A stretch of 64,000 nt of DNA from Chthoniobacterales bacterium (GTDB lineage Bacteria; Verrucomicrobiota; Verrucomicrobiia; Chthoniobacterales; UBA6821), in assembly GCA_019747735.1 (NCBI GenBank), contig JAIEQL010000005.1:28365-92364 (forward strand), given 5' to 3'. Position numbers and translations under genes: made by a program. The notes under the pieces were generated by a model. The model had not been told where the DNA came from, did no database searches, and worked only from the letters and a program-made list of their open reading frames with translations. Below are positions 9,975-18,946 of this stretch, piece after piece (the stretch's first letter is position 1; each line of letters opens with the position of its first letter).

Positions 9975-11030
9975 TTACTTCGTGCCCGTTACTTTTTCAA
10001 TAGCCTCGATCACTGCAGCTAAAGGAATATTAGCAAGATAGCGTTCGCGAGTATCAGTAATAACGGCATCTGGATCGAGCAAAGGCCCATAGTCACTAGC
10101 TTTAATAACCGTAGAGCGTGTCATCCATGGATGCCATTCTTGAATTTTGCTTGGGCCAAACAGAGCCACTGTATCCTTCTCCAAAGCAGCTGCCATATGC
10201 ATAGGAACAGAATCAACACCTACAAAAAGGCGGGCTCCTTCAATAAGAGCCGCCAGCTCTCCCAATGTTAATTGGCCAGCTAGTGACAAAACACGCGGAG
10301 AGTCTACTTGCCGAAGAATGGAAGCAATCATCATCATCTCTTGTGAGTCAGGAGAAGAGGTTACAACAACAGGCCATCCTTGATCAGCTAGCCTCTGAAT
10401 AACCGTTGCAAAACGATCATCTTCCCAGCATTTAAAAAACCAACGAGCTGTTGGGTGAATGAGAATGTAAGGGTTCCTAATGGCAGCTTGCTTCAGACGC
10501 TTCTGTACGGAGGAGCGATCTCCTTCATCGACAACTAAACGGCAACGCCCCTGTTCTGCTGCAATCTTGATTCCAAGGGGTTCTAGTGCTGCTAAGTGCT
10601 GTTCAACAGTATGACGTGTGTCGCTTGGAAAAAGAGGAATCAAATTTGTAAAGCAAGAACGCCAAAAAAAATCGCGACGTTTGGGGTAATCCATTCCTAT
10701 AGCTTTTCGTGGCCTTAAGAGTCGCGCTAAGAGAGCTCCTTGCATCTGTTCTGAAAGGTGCAATATAATATCGTAATGTTGTGCCCATAAATGACCGAAG
10801 AGTTTGGTATGTTCCCAAAGACCACGCACTCCACGAAGAGTGCGATTCCAAGTCCAGATGTGACGCACATCAGGATTATTTTTTAAAAGGGCTTCCATCC
10901 CTTCATAAACAAGAAAATCGACCTGGCATTCTGGAAATAGCTCTTTTAACGCCCGAGCAACAGGGGTTGTCAAAAGGACATCCCCATGATGACGCAATTT
11001 AACAATCAAGATTGAAGAGCGTGAAGTCAT
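9975..11030 (-). CDS. Family 9 glycosyltransferase (LPS heptosyltransferase type)
   Basis: ILIVKLRHHGDVLLTTPV..., ...LFVGVDSVPMHMAAAL (GT9 signature). Start moved to ATG 11030 (MTSRSSILIV) because the tracked 5' extension to 11078 reads through repeat C1. Confidence 0.8.
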   Translation of the reverse strand: MTSRSSILIVKLRHHGDVLLTTPVARALKELFPECQVDFLVYEGMEALLKNNPDVRHIWTWNRTLRGVRGLWEHTKLFGHLWAQHYDIILHLSEQMQGALLARLLRPRKAIGMDYPKRRDFFWRSCFTNLIPLFPSDTRHTVEQHLAALEPLGIKIAAEQGRCRLVVDEGDRSSVQKRLKQAAIRNPYILIHPTARWFFKCWEDDRFATVIQRLADQGWPVVVTSSPDSQEMMMIASILRQVDSPRVLSLAGQLTLGELAALIEGARLFVGVDSVPMHMAAALEKDTVALFGPSKIQEWHPWMTRSTVIKASDYGPLLDPDAVITDTRERYLANIPLAAVIEAIEKVTGTK

Positions 11031-11048
11031 TTCAAAATAAGAATAAGA

Positions 11049-11156
11049 AATAGCCACAAAAGAACTCAAAAAACACAAAGAAAAAAGCTAGCTAATTATT
11101 CACTGACTTTTTTTATTTGGCATCTTTGCGTTTCTTTGTGTTCTTTTGTGGCTATT
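11049..11156. repeat. Family C long palindromic element (C1)
   Basis: Arms aatagccacaaaagaac... and ...gttcttttgtggctatt are inverted around a spacer of about 50 nt. Closest to the copy at 40151-40277 (shared agctaattattc.ctgac core). Confidence 0.8.
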
Positions 11157-11160
11157 CATT

Positions 11161-11205
11161 TTTTCTGCCATCCCTTTCATCGCTTCCATCCCTATTAATT
11201 TCTTT
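11161..11205. repeat. Family D 3'-end motif (D2)
   Basis: ttttctgccatccctttcatcgcttccatccctattaatttc. Minus sense: AAATTAATAGGGATGGAAGCGATGAAAGGGATGGCAGAAAA. Lies downstream of the pfkB-type gene stop. Confidence 0.7.
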
Positions 11206-11230
11206 TTAAATTGATAGTTGTTACTGAAGC

Positions 11231-12154
11231 TCAAAAAGCACTCAAGCGTCGGAAAGTTTGGAAACGTTTCTCAATATCACCAGTATTAAGAGAGTGCAAT
11301 TTTTCCAAACTAAATGATTCTACGGTGAAGCTCGCCATGACGCTTCCATAAACAACGGCCTCTCGTAAAAGGGATTTATCAATCTCATCTCCTTTGATAG
11401 CGATGTTCAGACGGCTTGCTAAATAACCTGCTACTCCTCCTGCAAAAGCGTCTCCAGCGCCAGTAGGGTCAACAATTTTTTCTAATGGAAAAGCAGGACA
11501 ACTAAAGATTTCTTCGTGATCAAAAAGCAGTGCTCCATGTTCCCCTTTTTTGATAACGACATAACGAGGTCCCATGGAAAGAAGGGTGCGTCCAGCTTTG
11601 ATGAGGTTGCTCTCTTTGGTGAGTTCACGAGCTTCACTCTCATTAATGAGTAGCAGATCAACACTCTTGAGAAGCTGCTGCAGTGCAGGCAAGGTGCTGC
11701 TAATCCAATAATTCATCGTATCAGCAATCACAAAATGAGGGCGTTCGACTTGCCCCAATACATGCTGCTGCAATTGCGGAGCAATATTTCCTAAGAGCAC
11801 TACCTGAGACTGACGATAGAGTGATGGTAAGGTAGGGATAAAATTTTCAAAAACATTTAATTCGGTAACGCGTGTTTCTCGAGCACCTAAATCTTCTCCA
11901 AAATATTCCCCTGACCAGTGAAAGGTTTTACCAGGAAGAATCTGCAACCCCTCCAAATCGATCTGACATTTTTTAAAATCATCGAGATGCTTTTGTGGAA
12001 AATCTTCCCCTACAATGCCGACAAGACGGGGTGGCACAAAAAAACTAGCACTCACAGAGCAATAAGAAGCAGCGCCTCCTAATAAATGAAACCGCTCTTC
12101 TACGGGAGTTTTAACGGTATCGATCCCCACAGAACCAACAATAAGTAAAGACAT
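11231..12154 (-). CDS. PfkB/ribokinase-family carbohydrate or nucleoside kinase
   Basis: N-terminal GSVGIDTV...LGGAASY and C-terminal DPTGAGDAFAGGVAGYL (PfkB signature 2). Confidence 0.8.
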   Translation of the reverse strand: MSLLIVGSVGIDTVKTPVEERFHLLGGAASYCSVSASFFVPPRLVGIVGEDFPQKHLDDFKKCQIDLEGLQILPGKTFHWSGEYFGEDLGARETRVTELNVFENFIPTLPSLYRQSQVVLLGNIAPQLQQHVLGQVERPHFVIADTMNYWISSTLPALQQLLKSVDLLLINESEARELTKESNLIKAGRTLLSMGPRYVVIKKGEHGALLFDHEEIFSCPAFPLEKIVDPTGAGDAFAGGVAGYLASRLNIAIKGDEIDKSLLREAVVYGSVMASFTVESFSLEKLHSLNTGDIEKRFQTFRRLSAF

Positions 12155-12240
12155 AGCGACAGAGAATAATTCACAGCAATGAAAGTGGGAAGAGATTATT
12201 CACAACAATGAAAGATGAGTTTGAAGAAAAAAATTAACAA

Positions 12241-12312
12241 GGATGGAAGCGATAAAAGCGATGAAGCAAGTATCGTTTATCCCTCTCATCTCTTTTATCC
12301 CTGTTAATTTTT
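12241..12312. repeat. Family D motif, inverted pair (D3)
   Basis: ggatggaagcgataaaagcgat ... tatccctgttaat. One copy is inverted and one is in the usual orientation. The TAA of ATTAACAGGG is the stop codon of the batE-like gene. Confidence 0.65.
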
Positions 12313-13050
12313 TTCTAAAGGAATTAAAGCCTCCAACACTGAAGAAGGAACCCAGCCGCTTGGACCGGAAGCTGTCTTTATATAAGACCAAAAACCGTGT
12401 TGAGAAAGAAGAGTCACACAGATGCCTGGTGGCAGTTGCACAATGATAGAAGCATTATCAGCAGGGGTGCTGCGAAGAGGAATCCCACGTGTTGCAGAGG
12501 AGCCTGCTATTTTTTGGTCAGCATCAGTAATCATCATCTCCTTCTGAGCAATCGTTCTTGGATCAATCATATTTCCTAAAAAGGCAACGGCATGTCCGGC
12601 AAAAAAGAAAAAGAGAACGACTAAAAAGGGCCAGCGCCCCTTTTTTGCTCCCTGTTCTACACGACCCAGTGCGAAAAAAAGCATTCCGACAAAAAGAAGT
12701 GCTGCACTCCATCCGACAAGAGAGCCAATCAGAACCAACAGTTCAGGAGAACAACTTCTTGCTAGAGAGGTTTGCCATGAGCCCTCACGAGGAAGTCCCA
12801 TTTTTTTTAAAAGAGTTTCCAAATGATCTTGGGCAACTTTAAGTCTCGGTTCTAGGATCAAAGCCCGCCTGAGAGCTAGCAGCGCTTCCATTTGGTTGCC
12901 TTGAGACTCTGCAGCAAGAGCATCGTTGTAGTAACGCTCAGGAGAGCTTGTAAGAAGGTCTATCGTTGATTGTTTATTATCGGAGGAAGCTGTGAGGGGA
13001 ATGACGGCGCTTCCTAACAAAATTAAAAAAAGAAATAGGAATTTTTTCAT
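12304..13050 (-). CDS. BatE-like protein (signal peptide, TPR-like segment, 2 TM helices, SH3b)
   Basis: Last gene of the Bat cluster. C-terminal SH3b-like ...GFWSYIKTASGPSGWVPSSVL and an N-terminal TPR-like ALAAESQGNQMEALLALRRALILEP. Confidence 0.6.
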   Translation of the reverse strand: MKKFLFLFLILLGSAVIPLTASSDNKQSTIDLLTSSPERYYNDALAAESQGNQMEALLALRRALILEPRLKVAQDHLETLLKKMGLPREGSWQTSLARSCSPELLVLIGSLVGWSAALLFVGMLFFALGRVEQGAKKGRWPFLVVLFFFFAGHAVAFLGNMIDPRTIAQKEMMITDADQKIAGSSATRGIPLRSTPADNASIIVQLPPGICVTLLSQHGFWSYIKTASGPSGWVPSSVLEALIPLEKN

Positions 13051-13143
13051 GAATTGAGATCTGTCATCAACCGAGTTATGTTTAGCTTGATCAAAAAGGG
13101 AATGTGTTTTTCAAGGCTGAATGTCATTGATGGTTGTGCTGCT

Positions 13144-15033
13144 TCACAGATCAGGTGAAAGCATCGTTACTATTTTTTGACGCTCCTGATTGCTCAAGAC
13201 AACTTCTCGGGCTCCATAGTTAATTTCATCCCGCCGTCTCAAAATCGCTTCTAACCTCGATTGGTTTGAGGGATCTCTCTTTAACAAAAGCTCCGCCACT
13301 TCTCCAGCTTTATTAAAAAAGTGAATTGGTTCTAGCGTTTGCTGATGGAGCTCTTCCCATAATTTTTTAAGCTGTAACTTCTCTCGATCTCGCAAAGCAA
13401 TTATTCGGCGGCGATATTCCATTCCAAGATAAGCAAAGCAGAGCAGAACCATTCCCAAAAGGATGCTCGAGGCAATGATAAAGTCTTTCCTATAGAAAGG
13501 TGGCAACCACGATTTGTTTGAAAAATGATCCAATAGTTGCTCTTGAGCTGGCGTGGTGGAAGGAGCTGCTGCCGGAGTTGAGGAATTAGTAGCACTTACT
13601 GGCGATGGTGTTCCTGCAGCAGGCTGTATCGATAATGGAATCGGCTTCGTTTTTAAAGTGACATACTTTGCGCTATTGGGATCGAAGTAAGAAAAAAGTG
13701 CCCCCGGTGTTGCAGTCAGAGCTTGTTGTGTGATCATCGTTGTTTCAAATGTCTTGATACCGCCCCAGTTCAAGGTGTCATTGGGCTCAAAACGATCTGT
13801 AGAAGGATAGAGCTTCCATCCATCAGTTTCTGTGAGCTGGGGGGGCGTGAGCGCTTTAAAATTTCCTTTCCCTTCTAGACTTAAAGAAAGAGTGATCGGG
13901 TCGCCGGGAAGAAGCTTTGTGGGAGAAGCATTGGCCATTAGGCGGAATTCTCCAATCGCTCCGGAAAACCCATCAGGCCTTCCTTCTTGGGGTAATGGCA
14001 ATACTTCCAGAGAGAGTTTATTGGTGGTGATTTTAACTTGCTTGCCTTGTGTCGCTCCCCTGGTTTGTCCCATGAGTTGTGCAATCACATCGGGAACTCC
14101 TGGAGGAACGGATCCAGGAAGTTCGATGAGAAGAGTGAGTGAAGCTGGTGTCATCTCAAGCCCTCCTGGCTTTACTGCTGAAATCAACGTCCGCAAGGTG
14201 ACAACGTTGTAAGTCCTGCCATTGCGCTGTAGCACATCCGCTTTGGGTTTGGTGAAGCGCTCTATAAGGAGACCCTCTTGATTGAAAAGCACATCACTCC
14301 TGGGTTGGGCATTATAATGGGCATCGACATAGAAACGAACCTCAGCGGGAATAACCTCCCCCACGTAGAGCTTCTTTTTAGCAACGCAAAGTTCTCCAAA
14401 AGCAACTTGGTCCCAAGAATCATCAGAAGCTCTCCTGTTGTTGCCAGCACTCATAGTAGGTGATGGAACATTATTAGGAGTACCGCTACTAGGAATAGGA
14501 ACTCCATTTAACAAAGCGGTAACTTGAGGCGTGTTTTGCTTAGAAGAGACATCCGCTACGGTCAGTTGTAGTGGTGCTGTTTGAAATATTTTTCCTTGGG
14601 CACGAACAGGAATCGCTGGAATTGTAAAAGTTCCTGTTTGCAGAGGGGTCACGATATACGAGTAATTGACCGAAGAAGAAACAGAGTAGTTGACCATCTG
14701 CACTTGAGAGGATTGGCCTACAAGGGTGATTTTAAGGCCATTGACAGAAAGATCTTTGGGGAGATCCGCCTCTTGTGTCCCTGTTACTTTTACATCAAGT
14801 TGCACCATATCACCTGCAGGAACACGATTACGCGAAAGTTCTGCGGTGACCTTGATGGCTGGGGTCGTGACCACATCGGCGGAAGCGCGTGTAAATCCGA
14901 AAGAGACTAAAAACAGAGAGCAAGTCAGAGGAATAGCCACAAAAGAACGCAAAAAAATTCTAGGAAATTTTATAAAATTTCTAAAAAGAAAATAATTAGA
15001 AGTTGAAGACTGCGATCGATTGTTCCTGCTCAT
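13144..15033 (-). CDS. BatD-like (oxygen-tolerance family) protein
   Basis: 629 aa with beta-rich repeats, a C-terminal TM (IIASSILLGMVLLCFAYLGM) and the expected operon position. An alternative TTG start at 14952 gives a clean signal peptide, (M)RSFVAIPLTCSLFLVSFGFTRASA. That segment is encoded by an arm of repeat C2. Confidence 0.7.
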   Translation of the reverse strand: MSRNNRSQSSTSNYFLFRNFIKFPRIFLRSFVAIPLTCSLFLVSFGFTRASADVVTTPAIKVTAELSRNRVPAGDMVQLDVKVTGTQEADLPKDLSVNGLKITLVGQSSQVQMVNYSVSSSVNYSYIVTPLQTGTFTIPAIPVRAQGKIFQTAPLQLTVADVSSKQNTPQVTALLNGVPIPSSGTPNNVPSPTMSAGNNRRASDDSWDQVAFGELCVAKKKLYVGEVIPAEVRFYVDAHYNAQPRSDVLFNQEGLLIERFTKPKADVLQRNGRTYNVVTLRTLISAVKPGGLEMTPASLTLLIELPGSVPPGVPDVIAQLMGQTRGATQGKQVKITTNKLSLEVLPLPQEGRPDGFSGAIGEFRLMANASPTKLLPGDPITLSLSLEGKGNFKALTPPQLTETDGWKLYPSTDRFEPNDTLNWGGIKTFETTMITQQALTATPGALFSYFDPNSAKYVTLKTKPIPLSIQPAAGTPSPVSATNSSTPAAAPSTTPAQEQLLDHFSNKSWLPPFYRKDFIIASSILLGMVLLCFAYLGMEYRRRIIALRDREKLQLKKLWEELHQQTLEPIHFFNKAGEVAELLLKRDPSNQSRLEAILRRRDEINYGAREVVLSNQERQKIVTMLSPDL

Positions 15034-15068
15034 TTCTTTGCGTTTCTTTGTGTTCTTTTGTGGCTATT
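14932..15068. repeat. Family C long palindromic element (C2)
   Basis: aatagccacaaaagaacgcaaaaaa ... tttgcgtttctttgtgttcttttgtggctatt. The core attctaggaaattttataaaatttct is shared with C3 and C4. Spans the batD 5' end and the batB/C-batD spacer. Confidence 0.8.
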
Positions 15069-15092
15069 TGTTTTTTAGCCTTCAGCCTGCTT

Positions 15093-17375
15093 TCACCAAT
15101 CCCTTGTGGTCTCTTCGGTATTTTGCTGTTGCTGTGAAAATGGGACACGACGTTCTTCATCTTCTACCGAGCGCAACACAGCTTCTGCCTGACTTAGGGA
15201 CATGCCATTATCATTTTCTTTTTCAGCAGCAGCAGTATTGGCCTCTTCTTTTTTCCCTTGTTCGCCACCACCCAGTGCTCCCTGCTTTTTCTCGGAAGGA
15301 GTTGGCGCAGCCTTTGATTGAGCTCCTTGCTCTTGAGGGGAAGGGGCATTTTGGTCAGCAGCAGAAGGAGAGGGTTGTTGTTTTTCTTTTTCTTGGTTAC
15401 CTCCAGCGGAAGGATTGTCCTTGTTCGAAGGAGGGGTAGGTTGAGGATTGTCGCCATGATCAGAGCCGCTATCTTTGTTGGGTTCTGCAGCAGAGGGTTT
15501 CGGCGAGGCTTGAGAATTCTCTTTTTGTTGATCTTGCTGTTTGGAAGAAGAATCTCCTGATGGTTGCTCTTGGGATGGTGGTGTAGAGTCAGACTTTTTA
15601 TCAGGGTTCTGAGTCGATCCATTATTTCCAGAAGAAGGTGGAGAATTCTCTTTTTGCTGATCTTGCTGCTGATTGTTTGGGTTGTTCTGATTATTTGAAT
15701 TGTTGGGATTACTCTTTTGCTTATCTTGCTTGTTGTTTTGATTATTTGGAGAGGATTGTTGAGGCTGGTTTTTAGGAGGTTCTTGCTCTTTTTCTTGTTT
15801 TAATTTTTCGATCATCTTTTTGACGAGATCGCGATTTTCTTGAGCATTTTTATTGTGAGGATCTGCTTTGAGCACTGTTTCATAATGCTGCAGTGCATTA
15901 TTCCAATCAGCCAATTTTTCTGCCTTTTTTTGAGCAGTCTCTCCTTGCCTCACAAGGGTATTAGCAAGGTTGTAGGTAGCCATTTGTTGAATCTGCTTAG
16001 AAGAAGAGGTCATTGCCTGGGTGAAATAAGTCTCTGCTTTTTTATAGTCTTGTTGCTTGTAGGCAGCTGCTCCTGCATCAAAACGAAGGGCTCGAGAAGG
16101 TGATCCTGACTGGATCTGCTGTTCAAAATCACGCAGTGCGTTGGCGTAATCTCCTTGGGCATAAGCTGAGAGGGGGTCTTGAAAAAGCCTAAAATCGCGT
16201 ATTGCGTCGTCGCTGCGGTGCTCGTCTCCTCGAGCATTAGATATACACTGTGGGACTACGCTCCTCGCTCCTGGCACTACATCAATTTTATTCATTTTCA
16301 AGTCACCCTCTGCGATTCCTGGTGAAGAGAAACATCCTAGTAATAACAGTGCCAATACAGCACTTTTCCTGCGACGTCGCTCACTAGACAAACACCAAAG
16401 TGTTAAAAAAAAGAGCGCCGTGGCAAGGGGCCATGCATAACGCTCTTGGGGGCGGCGCAGAGTAAGACTCGAAGTGTTACTCGCATTGAGCGGTAGGATT
16501 CCTTTTTCCACAATCGTGCGTACAGCATCACTCCCAAAGGGTTCATAAAATCCCCCTGTCACTTTTGAGATTTCTTGAAGTCGCTCAACATCAAGCTTTG
16601 AAAGAACCGGCTTTCCATGTTCGTCCCGGACAAAATCATTTTCTCCTAATTCATTTTTAATCGAAATCAAAGAGCCCTCCGCAGAGCCTATTCCAATCGT
16701 AAAAATTTTGATGTTCTGTGCCGCTGCCTCTTTAGCCGCGGTAACACCACTTGCTTCCAACTCTTCTCCATCAGTCATGAGAACAATCGAACGATCCCCT
16801 TCACTTTTTCCAAAAGCACTAATGGCCATTTTAATTGCTTCGGCAATATTAGTTCCTCCCATGGGAATCAAATTCATATCAAGATCGGCAAGCGCATCGG
16901 CAATCGCAGAATGATCGAGTGTCAAAGGAGCTTCTAAAAATCCCCTTCCCGCAAAAGCAACAAGACCAATTCGATCTCCTGGCAAAAGTTCTAATAAGTC
17001 TTGTCCCAAAAGTTGTGACCGCGCAAGTCGTGTGGGCGTGACATCTGTTGCCAACATACTGCGAGAGACATCGATGACGGCGATCACATCGCGACCTTGG
17101 CTTTTTACTTCGCGTTCTTCATATCCCTTGCGTGGTTGTGCCAGCGTGATAATGGCAAAAACAAATGCTAGCAGAAGAAAAAGAAAACGTACCCACCGCT
17201 TTGAGGCACTCACTCCTCCCACTAATGTACTGCGAAGCCTCATAGCAATTACCTTTGCCAGGAGGTGTTTCTTTTGTTCTTCAGTCCAATAAAAAAGAAA
17301 ACCTAACGGCAAAACAAACAACAGCAGCCAGAGGTAAGTACTATTGGCAAAAGTGAGAGGAGAAGATGAAAGCAT
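15093..17375 (-). CDS. BatB-BatC fusion protein (TM + VWA domain, internal lipobox-like signal, TPR domain, long Q/N/P/S-rich tail)
   Basis: VWA MIDAS motif DVSRSML, then a TM helix (YAWPLATALFFLTLWCL), then RRRRKSAVLALLLLGC (signal/lipobox-like), then TPRs (YAQGDYANALRDFEQ..., YKQQDYKKAETYF..., ATYNLANTLVRQGE...). One uninterrupted frame. Confidence 0.8.
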   Translation of the reverse strand: MLSSSPLTFANSTYLWLLLFVLPLGFLFYWTEEQKKHLLAKVIAMRLRSTLVGGVSASKRWVRFLFLLLAFVFAIITLAQPRKGYEEREVKSQGRDVIAVIDVSRSMLATDVTPTRLARSQLLGQDLLELLPGDRIGLVAFAGRGFLEAPLTLDHSAIADALADLDMNLIPMGGTNIAEAIKMAISAFGKSEGDRSIVLMTDGEELEASGVTAAKEAAAQNIKIFTIGIGSAEGSLISIKNELGENDFVRDEHGKPVLSKLDVERLQEISKVTGGFYEPFGSDAVRTIVEKGILPLNASNTSSLTLRRPQERYAWPLATALFFLTLWCLSSERRRRKSAVLALLLLGCFSSPGIAEGDLKMNKIDVVPGARSVVPQCISNARGDEHRSDDAIRDFRLFQDPLSAYAQGDYANALRDFEQQIQSGSPSRALRFDAGAAAYKQQDYKKAETYFTQAMTSSSKQIQQMATYNLANTLVRQGETAQKKAEKLADWNNALQHYETVLKADPHNKNAQENRDLVKKMIEKLKQEKEQEPPKNQPQQSSPNNQNNKQDKQKSNPNNSNNQNNPNNQQQDQQKENSPPSSGNNGSTQNPDKKSDSTPPSQEQPSGDSSSKQQDQQKENSQASPKPSAAEPNKDSGSDHGDNPQPTPPSNKDNPSAGGNQEKEKQQPSPSAADQNAPSPQEQGAQSKAAPTPSEKKQGALGGGEQGKKEEANTAAAEKENDNGMSLSQAEAVLRSVEDEERRVPFSQQQQNTEETTRDW
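16170..16310. mobile_element. MITE family B, full-length copy embedded in frame in the batB/C ORF (B4)
   Basis: Both TIRs are present (gagggggtcttgaaaaa ... ttttcaagtcaccctc). The copy aligns along its whole length to the intergenic copy at 45810-45950. It is 141 bp (47 codons) and is read as EGDLKMNKIDVVPGARSVVPQCISNARGDEHRSDDAIRDFRLFQDPL. Confidence 0.85.
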
Positions 17376-17377
17376 TT

Positions 17378-18415
17378 TTAGGGAATTTTTCTAAAATAAC
17401 TCTGGGACAAAACCATCTCTGCAAGTAGCAGCAGCGTTCCCAAGGCAACAAACCACCAGAAAAAATCTTGATTATTCACATTTTTCTCTATTTCAATTTT
17501 GCTTTTTTCTAATTTATCGATTTCCTTAAACGTCTTATCTAAAGAGGTAGAATCAGCTGCGCGGAAATATCTTCCCTTTCCAATAGTGGCAATATCTTGC
17601 AAGAGTTTTTCATCAAAATCAAAAATCACTTGCTTATAAAAAACTCGCCCAAACTGATCCTTAACTGGTACAGAAACAGGTCCATTGCTTCCAGCACCAA
17701 CAGTATAAATACGAATTCCCAGAGCTTGGGTAGCCTCTGCTGCAGTAAGTGGCATCACTTTGCCTGCATTGTTGGAGCCATCGGTAAGCAGAACGATGAG
17801 TTTTGTTTTTGCCGTGCTTTTTTTTAAGCGGGCTGCGGCTGCTGCCAAAGCCGATCCGATGGCCGTCCCATCTTCAACAAGTCCGAGCTGTACGCGATCG
17901 AGATTTTGAATCAGCCACTCATGATCCAACGTAATGGGACTAACCAAATAGGGACGCCCCGCAAAAGCAATAATCCCAATACGGTCATTGGGACGTCCTT
18001 CAATAAATTGCTCGGTCACTCGCTTGACTGCCTCTAAGCGACTGGCAGGCTGATTGCCAATAGTATAATCCTCGGTAGACATCGATCCAGAAACATCGAG
18101 GACCAGCATGATATCAATACCGCTTGCTTTAATATGTTGTAAGGTTTGTCCCAGCTGAGGGCGTGCAAGAGCAATAATGAATAATGCCATCGCACCATAA
18201 ATCAGCGCCGCCAGCAAAGATCCTGAACGTGCTCGACGAGGCTGCCCAAGCTTGAGAACTAAACTGGTAGAGGAAAAAAGAACTCCAGGGCTTCCTCCAA
18301 ATCGCCCTCGCAGCCAAGCAAGAAGAGGCAATCCAAGGAGTCCAAACAGGACCCAAGGATGAACAAAGGAAAAGTCGCCGTGTGGCGTTGTAAGAATTCC
18401 TTGAGAAAAATGCAT
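17378..18415 (-). CDS. BatA-like VWA-domain membrane protein
   Basis: N-terminal TM helices, MIDAS motif DVSGSMS, C-terminal TM. Sits 2 nt upstream of batB/C. Confidence 0.85.
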   Translation of the reverse strand: MHFSQGILTTPHGDFSFVHPWVLFGLLGLPLLAWLRGRFGGSPGVLFSSTSLVLKLGQPRRARSGSLLAALIYGAMALFIIALARPQLGQTLQHIKASGIDIMLVLDVSGSMSTEDYTIGNQPASRLEAVKRVTEQFIEGRPNDRIGIIAFAGRPYLVSPITLDHEWLIQNLDRVQLGLVEDGTAIGSALAAAAARLKKSTAKTKLIVLLTDGSNNAGKVMPLTAAEATQALGIRIYTVGAGSNGPVSVPVKDQFGRVFYKQVIFDFDEKLLQDIATIGKGRYFRAADSTSLDKTFKEIDKLEKSKIEIEKNVNNQDFFWWFVALGTLLLLAEMVLSQSYFRKIP

Positions 18416-18418
18416 CTG

Positions 18419-18946
18419 TTATCCTCCCTGAATAAAATGTTCTGCTGCTCTAATCAAGGCGTGGCGGTCCTCTTGGGTTGCGCGGCCTCCAGCAAATTTT
18501 AAAAGATCCGATTTTTCTAAAAAGAGTTTGAGAGATTCTTGCTCCGCACTGGTAAAACGATCGCTATGACGCAACGATTCCAAAAACTCTTCGGTTGTCT
18601 GCCGTGGAGCCGCTAGCCCAAAAACCATCCCAAGATAACTACGAAGCAATCCGGAAACGAGAATCCCAAACTCATGATCACTTCCCTCCATAAGTTTATT
18701 CTTCATCGCTGTAAGAGCCTCTAAAGCTGCTTGGCGAGGTGTCAGTGATTTTTTCTGACGCCATTTTTTAATTCCAAAAAAGAGGCCTATTCCCAGTAAT
18801 ACTAGAAACGCAGCCCCCAAAAGAAGTTGCGTTGGTGTATAAGAAAAAAAAGAGACTGGCCCTACAATGTCATGCAAAGGAGCTGGGGCAGCCGCTGGGA
18901 GGCTATTAGGGGAAACAAAAGAAGAAAAATTAGGGGTTTGGTTCAT
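18419..18946 (-). CDS. Small single-TM protein of the Bat operon (DUF4381-like)
   Basis: 175 aa with one TM (LLLGAAFLVLLGIGLFFGI) followed by a helical domain. Position between the DUF58 gene and batA matches the canonical operon. Confidence 0.55.
   Translation of the reverse strand: MNQTPNFSSFVSPNSLPAAAPAPLHDIVGPVSFFSYTPTQLLLGAAFLVLLGIGLFFGIKKWRQKKSLTPRQAALEALTAMKNKLMEGSDHEFGILVSGLLRSYLGMVFGLAAPRQTTEEFLESLRHSDRFTSAEQESLKLFLEKSDLLKFAGGRATQEDRHALIRAAEHFIQGG

Noticed and set aside
15194-15622. 142-aa alternative-frame ORF and plus-strand ORFs in the batB/C tail region.
   Set aside because: They lie in a low-complexity Q/N/P/S-coding stretch where several frames stay open. The batB/C frame is continuous with the TPR domain.
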